From: an uncultured Planctomycetia bacterium
GTDB taxonomy: Bacteria; Omnitrophota; Gorgyraeia; Pluralincolimonadales; Pluralincolimonadaceae
DNA length: 64,000 bases
Direction of reading: 5' to 3'
Assembly: GCA_964650515.1 (NCBI GenBank)
Contig: CAZYUB010000005.1
Coordinates: 12,304-76,303, forward strand
This document shows positions 16,901 through 25,500 of the stretch, one piece after another. Positions within the stretch are counted from its first letter, which is position 1. Every line of letters begins with the position of its first letter. The notes beneath the pieces were generated by a model, which had not been told where the DNA came from, did no database searches, and saw nothing but the letters and a program-made list of their open reading frames with translations. A program made the translations under genes and the position numbers.

Positions 16901-18507
16901 CACACCACCACGAGGCGAGCGGCGAGCGCAAGCCCGGTTCGGGGATATATATGCAGACGATAGAGCCGGACAGCAGGAAGGTCCTCTCGTCGATAACGCT
17001 GCCGTCCGAGCCGAAACTGCATATCTTCGCGATGACGCTCGAAGGGGAGGTGTCGAACGATGCGATACCGGAGCCGTCGATAACAGCGCCGCAGGCCAAC
17101 TCCTCAGTGGGCGATACCGTGAAGGTCGAGGTCGAGGATAAAGAGGATGATATCGCGAAGGTGGAATATTCGGTCGACTCCGGGGCCTGGGTGCAAATGA
17201 AAGCCGTCGGCGGGGGCAGGTATACCGCCGAATGGGATACGTCAAAGGCCGAGGGGATAAACCACACGATAACGGTGAAGGCTACGGACAAGATAGGCCA
17301 GATAAATACGAAGTCCGTCGAGGTCAGGGTCGTGAACAAGGTCACGATAATATTCCCGTTCGAGGGCGCGAGCATCTACAGGACCGCGACACTGATGGTC
17401 GAGCCGAGGGCGAACCGGGAGATAGAGAAGATAGAGTATTCCGTGGATAACGCGGAGTTCACGCAGTTGTCGCCGTCGGGGATGGGCCTCTATACGGCCG
17501 AATGGGACACGGAGGGCTATAAGGCGGGTTCCGGCCATGTGCTCATAGTCAGGGAGTACGAAAAAGGCGGCGGCGTCACGATAGATACGGTCAAAGTCAC
17601 CGCGGACTCGATAAAGGTCATGATAGCCGAACCGCTGAAAGGCCATTCGATCAAGGTCGACAAGAGCATCCGCGACTGGAAAGGCGAGGCCCCGTCGCAG
17701 GACAATACGGCCACTGTCAATAACGGGGAGTTTATCTGGAAGGACGAGAAGGGCGACGACACCGGCAACGGCCATTATACGTACCCGACGAACAAGGCCG
17801 TCAGCAGGGGCTCCGATCTCAGGGAGTTCCGGATCACATGGGATAATGAGAACCTCTATATGCTTATAAAATGCGACAGGCCCGGTGATTTTTGGGCTCC
17901 TTACAGGATAATAGGGATAGATACCGACGGCGCGAGGGGCGGTAAGGGCGGCTCGCAAGTACTCGCGATCGGCGATATGGATGATGTCAGCCCGGACAGG
18001 GGCTGCTACGGCGAGATAAAGGTCGCGCCGGAGCTCGCGTGCGAATTTACGGTTGGAATATTCAATTCATACAAAGGCAGGATATGGGGGTCGGACGGCA
18101 AGCTCATAGCGTCCAAGGAAGCCAAGCCGGATGATACTCCGGGATTCATGGTCGATGATTACGGCTGGAGTTCGGTCGAGGTAGCGATACCGTGGAAGAT
18201 ACTCGGCGGAGCGCCCCCGTACGGCCAGACATGGAGGTTCGTCGTCGGCATCGGCCAGCAGGATAACGATGTATTCAGGGAGATAGAAAAGGATGCTTCC
18301 GAGTGGCGCGGAGGCGGCGGCGAGTCGAGCGATATGTTCGGGCCCGACCCGGACGTATTCGATCTCGCAAGCCCTGACAGGAAGACCCAGGAATATGAAC
18401 TTCGCAGCTATGATGCACAGGGCGAGCCGGGTAACCCGGACGGCTTTGCTGTTATAAAGAGATCATACCTTGTTGTGACCTTCAGCGAGGAGAAGCCGGC
18501 CAAGTAG
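13927..18507 (+). CDS. Giant secreted GH2-family glycosidase (beta-galactosidase/beta-glucuronidase/beta-mannosidase-like) with four Ig-like repeats, an unknown beta-sandwich domain and a C-terminal module of about 300 aa that is paralogous to the three downstream proteins.
   Basis: 1526 aa with a signal peptide. It has the GH2 sugar-binding domain (WYRRHFSVPADAAGKYVKLMFEAANYFTDVWVNDKWVG), the acid/base motif IWSTCNEC and the nucleophile motif ISTEYG. Repeats of about 90 aa share a Y..EWD motif. The C-terminal module begins around 17611. Confidence 0.8.
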   Translation: MLKIRFNPLVYYALFILAVFAAPVFAEDAAAAANMTQGPTFEVKQVDGVNVPFQNGIPFPSWERQERAYVDLNGNWKTQRQKADHKLTLYKRTLDNITLVEQEGGGRHGAGYDDSAWKEKAIPGVENPAPDRYMDGAWYRRHFSVPADAAGKYVKLMFEAANYFTDVWVNDKWVGCHEGGYTPFAFDVSPYLNYGKDNVIAVRVDNIPWIPNGDSSKEAQATNDHNIIPYATGDWWNYGGITRNVYLEISPAVSVVRADVRSKPSGEKDSELAVEAVVYNRSGEEVTATAGVRVLSTGIKDKNIGELSVKKVATSKTMPVQGEASKEITLKPGEVRAISFSLKSGALKHWSPESPNLYVLQVTLGDKKKKFDELYTQFGVREVRVDKDSPKVLLNGKEVFLRGIARHEAFYGEPGPGEFGAPRIIEDFKLIKEANANFVRTAHYPNEQQTYSIADRMGLLVWEEIPVFWFGGPEFVIQKNVRGIARQMWLEMIYRDYNRPSIVIWSTCNECSWQKERAEFIKDLKDNAQKADGTRLVAQSASGSDPTDPTQKECDIIGFTTYYGIFYGSSYYSDTKEALEKTRKAFPGKPVISTEYGIWSAYGDVPQEKVQIEVAKDTFAAFAELPYVTGAAWWTIADWHTMINEPQHMGLLTIDRKFQKPVYFQVQRQYAMLLGDLSVGMKEPKDEETVKGKLNISAEITGKEKPEFVDLIVEGKQLGRLSQKKGVYQMEFDTAKIEDGMRTLIVRAKSKKGYFVSDFVRVNVDNTDEPPLLGIALKDGDLVMGKVLLSVSASDDRADPVVTYSVDGAEPEKMASRVEGSYQAEWDVSALADGSEHEIRFRAADSGGQAAERSVKVKIDGKPGKYVDLPYDHDWISENGRYTDGTGWDYAAEDLPASNSEFIYNGKDRVKFRFGDKSDGAKNTVECGKQKITFAPGYYGKVHILAAMHDGGAKVPFLLNYTDGTQGKALAGFSDWWGANAVFGEDIAIKTSHHHEASGERKPGSGIYMQTIEPDSRKVLSSITLPSEPKLHIFAMTLEGEVSNDAIPEPSITAPQANSSVGDTVKVEVEDKEDDIAKVEYSVDSGAWVQMKAVGGGRYTAEWDTSKAEGINHTITVKATDKIGQINTKSVEVRVVNKVTIIFPFEGASIYRTATLMVEPRANREIEKIEYSVDNAEFTQLSPSGMGLYTAEWDTEGYKAGSGHVLIVREYEKGGGVTIDTVKVTADSIKVMIAEPLKGHSIKVDKSIRDWKGEAPSQDNTATVNNGEFIWKDEKGDDTGNGHYTYPTNKAVSRGSDLREFRITWDNENLYMLIKCDRPGDFWAPYRIIGIDTDGARGGKGGSQVLAIGDMDDVSPDRGCYGEIKVAPELACEFTVGIFNSYKGRIWGSDGKLIASKEAKPDDTPGFMVDDYGWSSVEVAIPWKILGGAPPYGQTWRFVVGIGQQDNDVFREIEKDASEWRGGGGESSDMFGPDPDVFDLASPDRKTQEYELRSYDAQGEPGNPDGFAVIKRSYLVVTFSEEKPAK

Positions 18508-18522
18508 GGAAAGGTCAGGAAG

Positions 18523-19458
18523 ATGGTAGTGCTAGCGGTCGTGCTGTTGTTGTTGTGCCCGTCCCTGGGTTGCGCGGAAGCCATAGGAAGTACCCCGTTC
18601 ACGGGGCATAAGATAGAAGCTGACAAATCGTTCTCTGACTGGAAGGGTGTCGCGCCTGAGGCCGAGAATACCGCGGCCATCAGCGAAGGCGAGTATATAT
18701 GGAAGGACGCCGTCGGCGACGATACCGGCAACGGGAAGTATACCTATCCTCTCGATAAAGCCCTGAAGAAGGGCGCGGACCTGAAGGAGTTCAGGGTCAC
18801 GTTCGATGACGATAACCTTTACTTTCTCGTAAAGACGAACCGTCCCGGCGACTGGTGGACGCCCTACAGGGTGATAGGCATTGACACCGACGGGGCTTCC
18901 GGAGGCACGGGCGGAATGCAGGTGTTGGCCGAGGGCGACCTGGATACGTTATCGTCGGATTCGGGGACATACGCGGAGCTGAAGGTCGCGCCGGAACTCG
19001 CGTGCGAATACGTCGTGGCGCTCTCATCTACGTACAAGGGCCGTATATGGGATGTGAACGCGAAGCTTGTCGCGTTCAGGGACGACCAGCCGGAGGATAC
19101 GCCCGGGTTCAAGATCGCGGACATAAACTGGAACACGATCGAGGTCGCGATACCGTGGGCGCTGATAGGGGGCAAGCCGCAGGGCAAGGCATACAGGTTT
19201 ATAATCGCGGTGGGGCAGCAGGACGGCGACACTGCCAGGGAAATTCACGAAGTCGCCAGCGAATGGCACGGAGGAGGTGGTGAGACGAGCGACGCCGGCG
19301 GTGTAGATCCCGACGTATACGACCTGGCTGGCGCTGAGCGCGCAGTCCAGGAGAAGGAGCTGGGAAGTTTCAGGATGAGCGCTCCGCCCGGGGACACTGA
19401 GGGCTTCGCTACGATAGACAAGTCATATCTGACGGTCTATTTTGGCCCGAAACAGTGA
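18523..19458 (+). CDS. Secreted paralog B of the GH2 C-terminal module (function unknown; possibly glycan-binding).
   Basis: 311 aa with the signal peptide MVVLAVVLLLLCPSLGCAEA. An RBS (GGAAAGG) lies upstream. It shares every family motif. Confidence 0.7.
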   Translation: MVVLAVVLLLLCPSLGCAEAIGSTPFTGHKIEADKSFSDWKGVAPEAENTAAISEGEYIWKDAVGDDTGNGKYTYPLDKALKKGADLKEFRVTFDDDNLYFLVKTNRPGDWWTPYRVIGIDTDGASGGTGGMQVLAEGDLDTLSSDSGTYAELKVAPELACEYVVALSSTYKGRIWDVNAKLVAFRDDQPEDTPGFKIADINWNTIEVAIPWALIGGKPQGKAYRFIIAVGQQDGDTAREIHEVASEWHGGGGETSDAGGVDPDVYDLAGAERAVQEKELGSFRMSAPPGDTEGFATIDKSYLTVYFGPKQ

Positions 19459-19486
19459 ACCGATAATAAAACAGGAGGTGGTCAGA

Positions 19487-20425
19487 ATGAGAAGGGTATT
19501 GGTAGTTTTGGTTGCGGCGCTGGCGTTCTGCCCGGTCTGGACAGCAGCCAATGCCGAAGACGTCGCCGTGAACGGCCATAAGATAGCGGTCGATAAGGCG
19601 ATACGCGACTGGAAGGGCGTCGCTCCCGAAGCGGATAACACCGCCGCGGTAAGCGAAGGCGAGTACATATGGAAGGACGCCTCAGGCGATGACGCGGGGA
19701 ACGGCAAGTATGCATACCCGCAGAACAAGGCCCTGAAGAAGGGCGGAGACCTGAAGGAGTTCAGGGTCACGTTCGATAACGAGAACCTGTACTTCCTTAT
19801 CAAGACCGACAGGCCCGGCGACTGGTGGGTGCCTTACAGGATAATAGGCATAGATACCGACGGCGCTTCAGGCGGCAAGAACGGCAGCCAGGTGCTCGCG
19901 CAGGGCGACATGGACGAATATGCCTTTGATTCCGGCTGCTTCGCCGAGTTGAAAGTATCTCCGGAACTCGCGTGCGAATACGTAGTCGCGGTATCCTCGA
20001 CGTATAAGGGCCGCATATGGGACGCGAAAGGCAAGATGATAGCGCGCAAGGAAGCCCAGCCCGATGATACGGCCGGCTTCAAGATAGAGGATTACAACTG
20101 GAACGCGGTCGAAGTCGCGATACCGTGGTCGCTGGTAGGCGGCAAGCCCGCCGAAGGCACGTCCTGGAGGTTCGTGGTCGCGATAGGCCAGCAGGATAAC
20201 GACCTCGCTCGCGAAGTCGAAGAGGAAGTAAGCGAATACCGCGCAGGCGGCGGAGAATCGAGCGAAGATAACGGCGTCGATCCGGACGTGTTCGACCTCG
20301 CGGGCGCGGATAAGGCGACCCAGGAGAAGGAGCTCGGCAGCTACAAGGCCGACGGAGAGCCGGGAGACGCGGGCAGTTTCGCGACGATAGACAAATCGTT
20401 CCTTACGGTCAAGTTCGGCAAGTAA
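19487..20425 (+). CDS. Secreted paralog C of the same module.
   Basis: The ATG at 19487 is preceded by an AGGAGG RBS. The ORF track starts at a TTG at 19442, which overlaps the upstream gene. The signal peptide is MRRVLVVLVAALAFCPVWTAANA. It is about 70% identical to paralog B. Confidence 0.7.
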   Translation: MRRVLVVLVAALAFCPVWTAANAEDVAVNGHKIAVDKAIRDWKGVAPEADNTAAVSEGEYIWKDASGDDAGNGKYAYPQNKALKKGGDLKEFRVTFDNENLYFLIKTDRPGDWWVPYRIIGIDTDGASGGKNGSQVLAQGDMDEYAFDSGCFAELKVSPELACEYVVAVSSTYKGRIWDAKGKMIARKEAQPDDTAGFKIEDYNWNAVEVAIPWSLVGGKPAEGTSWRFVVAIGQQDNDLAREVEEEVSEYRAGGGESSEDNGVDPDVFDLAGADKATQEKELGSYKADGEPGDAGSFATIDKSFLTVKFGK

Positions 20426-20506
20426 GGGCGGCGTAAAGATTGCCGGGAGTGCGGAAGGATTGATCAGGGAATCCTTCCGCACGAACGTGCGAGAAAGGAC
20501 GGGAGG

Positions 20507-21466
20507 ATGACAAAAAAGACGGCAGTATACGTCATTTTCGTCGTAGCTCTTTCATTCTGCGATTTCCTATCCGCCGATATGGGCAGCGGTTCGTTGACGG
20601 GCCATCCGATAAGGGTGGATGGGTCGGTTGCCGATTGGACAGGTACCCCGCCATCCAAGCCAAACTCTTCCGTCATAAGCAAGGGCGAATTCATCTGGAA
20701 GGACATTCAGGGAGACGATACGGGGAACGGGAAATACACATACCCGAAGACCCCCGCATTCACGAAATCCGCGGATCTCGAAGAATTCCGCATCACGTGG
20801 GACAGCAAGAATATTTATTTCCTGATAAGGTCATCGAAGCCGGGCGACTGGTGGTCCCCCGTGCGCGTGATAGCGATAGATACCGACGGCATGGGCGGAG
20901 GCAGGAGGGGCATGCAGGTCATCCAGCAAGGCGATATAAATACGATGGATGCCGATACCGGCACTTTCGGCGAACTCAGGGTATCGAAGTCGCTCTCGGC
21001 CGATTATGTCATATGCATAGCCGGCACGTATAAGGGACGCATCTGGGACGCGCAGGGAAGGCTCATAGCTAAGGCGATAGGGGAGAAGACCGATACGAAA
21101 GGATTCAAAATAAAGGATTCAAACGCGGTCGCGCTCGAGGTGCAGGTCCCGCTGAAGATAATAGGTAACCCCGCAGGTAAGACCTGGAGGTTCGTGGTTG
21201 CCATGGGGACGGAAGACAAGGAGCACCTGCGCGAGATATACAAGGAAGCGGATGACTGGCACGGCGGCGGCGGCGAAGCGACGACCTCCGACGACGGGGT
21301 AGACCCGGACTATTTCGACCTGGCAAGCCCGGACCAGAACACGCAGGAGATAGAGCTCTCAAGTTATAAGCCGAATGCGCCGGCCGGGGATACGTCGGCG
21401 TTCGCGGAGATAAAGAAATCATTCCTGCAGGTGAAGTTTTCCCCCTACATGCAGGTTGCGAAGTAA
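20507..21466 (+). CDS. Secreted paralog D of the same module; this is the most divergent copy.
   Basis: 319 aa with a signal peptide. It keeps the GEFIWKD..GDDTGNGKYTYP, IAIDTDG, TYKGRIWDAQG, WRFVVAMG and WHGGGGE motifs. Confidence 0.65.
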   Translation: MTKKTAVYVIFVVALSFCDFLSADMGSGSLTGHPIRVDGSVADWTGTPPSKPNSSVISKGEFIWKDIQGDDTGNGKYTYPKTPAFTKSADLEEFRITWDSKNIYFLIRSSKPGDWWSPVRVIAIDTDGMGGGRRGMQVIQQGDINTMDADTGTFGELRVSKSLSADYVICIAGTYKGRIWDAQGRLIAKAIGEKTDTKGFKIKDSNAVALEVQVPLKIIGNPAGKTWRFVVAMGTEDKEHLREIYKEADDWHGGGGEATTSDDGVDPDYFDLASPDQNTQEIELSSYKPNAPAGDTSAFAEIKKSFLQVKFSPYMQVAK

Positions 21467-21476
21467 ATAATCGCTC

Positions 21477-21520
21477 TTGACAAATCCGCCGCCGATGGTA
21501 TTATATGTTATCGGTAACAT
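21477..21520 (+). promoter_or_regulatory. Sigma70-type promoter (TTGACA at 21477-21482, 16-nt spacer, TATTAT at 21499-21504) followed by the LacI-type operator ATGTTATCGGTAACAT (21505-21520), just upstream of the second LacI gene.
   Basis: Read from the sequence. The operator is the reverse complement of the 12843-12858 site with one mismatch. Both promoters share the 11-mer TTGACAAATCC. Confidence 0.5.
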
Positions 21521-21523
21521 AAT

Positions 21524-22537
21524 ATGAAGAAAGTCACGTTCAAAGAGATATCCAAGATCGTAGGCGTATCGCCGATGCACGTATCGCGCGCGTTGGCGGG
21601 CCATCCGTATGTCAAGGAAGAGCTCAGGCGCAGGATATTCAAGGTCGCCAAGCAGCTCAACTACAGCGTGAACCCGTTCGGGCGGGGCCTCTCCAAGAAT
21701 ATCCAGATGAAGGCAAGGATGATATGCCTCCTCACTAAATACGATAATTTCTTCCAGACGGAATATTTCATAAACCTGACCGACGCGATTAGCAACAGCG
21801 CGAGGTCGAAAGGCTACGACATAATAATCGTGAGTTTGGGCGACGACGAGGCGGGTAACATCAAGAGGCTCAAGAACCTTATAAATTACTATGAGGCGGG
21901 GATAATCGAGGGTTTCGTATTCATCGCGCCGGCGATGGGCGCGAAGGAAGGCCTCTTCCTGCACGGGGAGAAGGCCAACCTCGTATGCGTAGGCGGCAAG
22001 CTCGAGGCCGATACGAAATACATCGACGTGGATAATTTCGAGGCGGGATACGAAGCCGCCGCGTACCTTGCGGACCTCGGTCACAGGCGCATCGCGTTTG
22101 TAGGCGGGTTTGAGGACAGGTATGACACGCAGGACAGGAGGCAGGGTTTCATGAACTGCCTGCGTATGAAGGGCATTGAGCCGGATCCAGGGCTCATGCT
22201 GGACGGGCGTTACGATAAGGCCGGCGGGAAGAAAGCGACCGCGGAACTCTTCTCGAAGGGCCGCAGCGCGGACGCCGTCTTCTATACGAACGACCTTATG
22301 GCTTTCGGAGGAATGGAATATTTCAAGGAGAACGGGATAGCGGTCCCGCAGGATGTGTCGATAGTAGGCTTCGATGACCTTATGGCCTCGGCAAGCGCGG
22401 AACCGCCCCTGACGACTTCAAGGCAGCCTTACGAGGAGATGGGCAAGGCGGCCGTCGAGTCGCTCCTGCAGAAAGGCACGGTATCGAGGAAGATCCCTGC
22501 AAAGATGATAATAAGGAAGAGCTGCGCGAAACAATAG
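21524..22537 (+). CDS. LacI-family transcriptional regulator (second copy).
   Basis: HTH: VTFKEISKIVGVSPMHVSRALAGHP. A sugar-binding domain follows. 337 aa. Confidence 0.85.
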   Translation: MKKVTFKEISKIVGVSPMHVSRALAGHPYVKEELRRRIFKVAKQLNYSVNPFGRGLSKNIQMKARMICLLTKYDNFFQTEYFINLTDAISNSARSKGYDIIIVSLGDDEAGNIKRLKNLINYYEAGIIEGFVFIAPAMGAKEGLFLHGEKANLVCVGGKLEADTKYIDVDNFEAGYEAAAYLADLGHRRIAFVGGFEDRYDTQDRRQGFMNCLRMKGIEPDPGLMLDGRYDKAGGKKATAELFSKGRSADAVFYTNDLMAFGGMEYFKENGIAVPQDVSIVGFDDLMASASAEPPLTTSRQPYEEMGKAAVESLLQKGTVSRKIPAKMIIRKSCAKQ

Positions 22538-22554
22538 GAGAGCAAAAGAGTAAA

Positions 22555-25500
22555 ATGGGGAAAGCACCGGCATACAAACTCGGGCAGGACAACGAATTCA
22601 TAATCGAAAATTATAACCACTCGAAACCGTTCTCGAGTTTCCTGCCGGGCATTGCGGGCCTCGACGGCATCCCGATGTGGACGTTCTATGTTAACAGGAA
22701 CCAGGCGGTCTGCAGTTTCGGCATCGAGGGCAAGGACCGCTCGATGATGGAGTACTTTCCCGCGAATTTCGCTTACCAGCTCGTCGGCTCGCAGGGATTC
22801 AGGACATTCATAAAGATCGCCTCCAAGGGCGGATTTGTGTTATATGAGCCGTTCCGCACCTACGAGAATGAAGAGCCGTATGTACCGGCCCAGACGATGG
22901 TTATCAACCCGTACTCCGTCACGCTGAAGGAAGAGCATAAGAGATACGGCCTCAGCGTCGAGGTCAGGTACTGCAACGTGGTAGGCAAGCCGTTCCCGGG
23001 GCTAATTAGGCGCCTCGAGGTCAGGAATATCTCCGGGAAGGCGCTGAAGTACGAGCTTATAGACGGCATGCCCCAGGTCATACCCTTCGGCATGGACGAC
23101 TACAGCCTGAAGAGGATGAAATACCTCGTGAAGTCGTTCAGCTTCGTAGAGAACCTTGACGGCAAAATACCCTATTTCCATATAAAGACGACGCATGAGG
23201 ACGGCCCCGAGGTCGCGATGGTAAGGCGCGGCCACTATTACGCGTGCTTCAGGCCGGAAGGCAAAGGCATGGAGCTCATAAGGCCGATGGTGGATGCCTC
23301 GCAGATCTTCGGCATGCGGAAGGATTTCATCTTTCCGCAGGCCTTCAATGTCAGGAAGAAATTCTCGTACGACCGCAAGGGAGAGCTTACAAGCGGCGAA
23401 TTCGCGTGCGCGATGTGCTACGATACCGGGACGCTGGGCAAAGGCAAGGCCCTTGAGCTGACGTCCGTCGCGGGCACGGTCGATTCGCTCTCCGACGTAT
23501 CGAAGGTAAAAGCGGCGGTCACCGCCGATTTCATGGAGGTGCAGCTCGCGAAGAACAAGGCGCTCATCGAGTCGCTGATGGCAAGGTCCCTTGTGATAAG
23601 CGAGGACCGGCGCTTCGACAGGTATTCGTCGCAGAACTTCCTCGATAACGTGCTGCGCGGAGGCCTGCCCATACCAGTGACCGATGACCGCAGCAAGATA
23701 TTTTACGTCTATTCGAGGAAGCACGGCGACCTCGAGAGGGACTATAACCAGTTCTACACCTCCCCGACGGAATACTCGCAGGGGGACTCGAATTACAGGG
23801 ACGTGAACCAGAACAGGCGCAACGACCTCTTCTTCAATCCCGACGTAGGGATGGCGAACATCGTCAATTACATAGGGCTGATACAGCTCGACGGGTTCAA
23901 CCCGCACGGCGTCGGCGGCATAACTTACAGGTACAAAGGAAGTCCGGAAGACCTCCGGCAACTCTTCGGCTCCCGCGCCGGTGACGCCGCGGAATTCTTC
24001 GGCAAACCGTTCGCGCCGGGAGATCTTTTCAAGTTCATGGAATGCAATTCGCTGAAGGCGGGAATGCCTAAGGAGAAACTGCTGTCGCGCGTGCTCGAGA
24101 AGTCGGAGACGATCCAGAACTCGCAGCATATAGAAGGATACTGGAGCGACCACACCTTCTATAACCTCGACCTGATAGAGAGCTTCCTCGCGATATATCC
24201 CGACAGGAGGAAGGAACTCTTCTTCGGGGCCAAGCTGTTCACGTTCCATGACAGCACCTATGTCGTGATGCCGCGCGACGAGAAATATGTCGTCTGGGAC
24301 GGCAAGCCGGTGCAGCTCGGCAGCGTGAGGCCGGACGAGGAAAAGAAGAAGATGATCGCCGACAGGAGGTCCGACAAGACGCTCGTGCGCAAGACGGACG
24401 GCAAGGGCGACGTCTACAGGACCGACCTCATCACCAAATTGTTCATACTTGCGGTCAACAAGATAAACTCGATAGGCCCGGACGGATGCGGCATCGAGCT
24501 TGAGACCGATAAGCCGAACTGGTATGACGCGCTGAACGGGCTTCCGGGCATGTTCGGCTCCTCGTCGAACGAGACGTTCGAGCTGAAACGGCTCATATCC
24601 GTGATAACAGATAACCTGGGCGGCGCAACGCTCGAGATACCGGAAGAAGTGGCCGATGTCGTAAGGGATTCGAAGGATGTGCTCGGCGGTTTCGTGGAAG
24701 GCAGGCTCGATGACTTTGCCGCCTGGGACAGGCTCACGTCGCTCAAGGAAGAGTTCAGGAAGAGGACGAAGCTCGGTATCATAGGCCGCCTGATCCCGGT
24801 GCCGGCGGAAGAGATAAACGGGTACCTAAACCTCGCCGCGAAGCGCGTTCAGGCGGCGATAAACAAGAGCTTCGACGAGAAGTCAGGGCTCTTCTCGGGG
24901 TATTTCATGAATACGCCGGTCGAGTACGACCAGATAACATATACGGGGGCGGACGGCAGGGAGACGCAGAAGCTGAATTACAAGGGCCTGCCGTGCATAA
25001 AGGTCTCAAGGTTCGAGTCGAAACCTCTGCCGCTCTTCCTCGAGGCGCAGGTCCACGCGCTCAGGGCGGAGAAGGACCCCGCGGTTGCGGCAAAGCTTCA
25101 CCGCAACCTGATGAAGAGCGCGCTCGTCGACAAGGAGCTCAAGATGTTCTTCGTGAACGCCTCGCTCGCGGGCATGCCGTATGAGATAGGCAGGACGAAG
25201 ACGTTCAACCCCGGATGGCTCGAGAACCAGTCGATTTGGCTGCACATGGAATACAAGTATATGCTCGAGCTGTTGAAGGCCGGGCTCTACGATGATTTCT
25301 TCGCTAACATGAAGAACGTGCTCGTGCCGTTCCTGAAGCCGGAGGTCTACGGCAGGAGCGTATTCGAAAATTCGTCTTTCATAGCGAGCAGCGCGCATCC
25401 CGACAGGAAGGTGCACGGCCAGGGTTTTTACGCGCGCCTTTCGGGTTCCACGGCAGAGTTCGTCCACATGTGGCTCATAATGATGACCGGCGGCAGGCCG

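Larger units (their letters stand above)
17611..21466 (+). repeat. Tandem array, at protein-coding level, of four paralogous modules of about 300 aa: copy A is the C-terminal domain of the GH2 gene and copies B-D are separate genes.
   Basis: Shared motifs include GE(Y/F)IWKD..GDDTGNGKYTYP, NLYFL, RPGDWW.PYR.IGIDTDG, ELACEYVVA.SSTYKGRIWD, VEVAIPW, WRFVVA.GQQD.D, W.GGGGE and VDPDV.DLA. Similarity between copies B and C is also visible at the DNA level. Confidence 0.7.
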
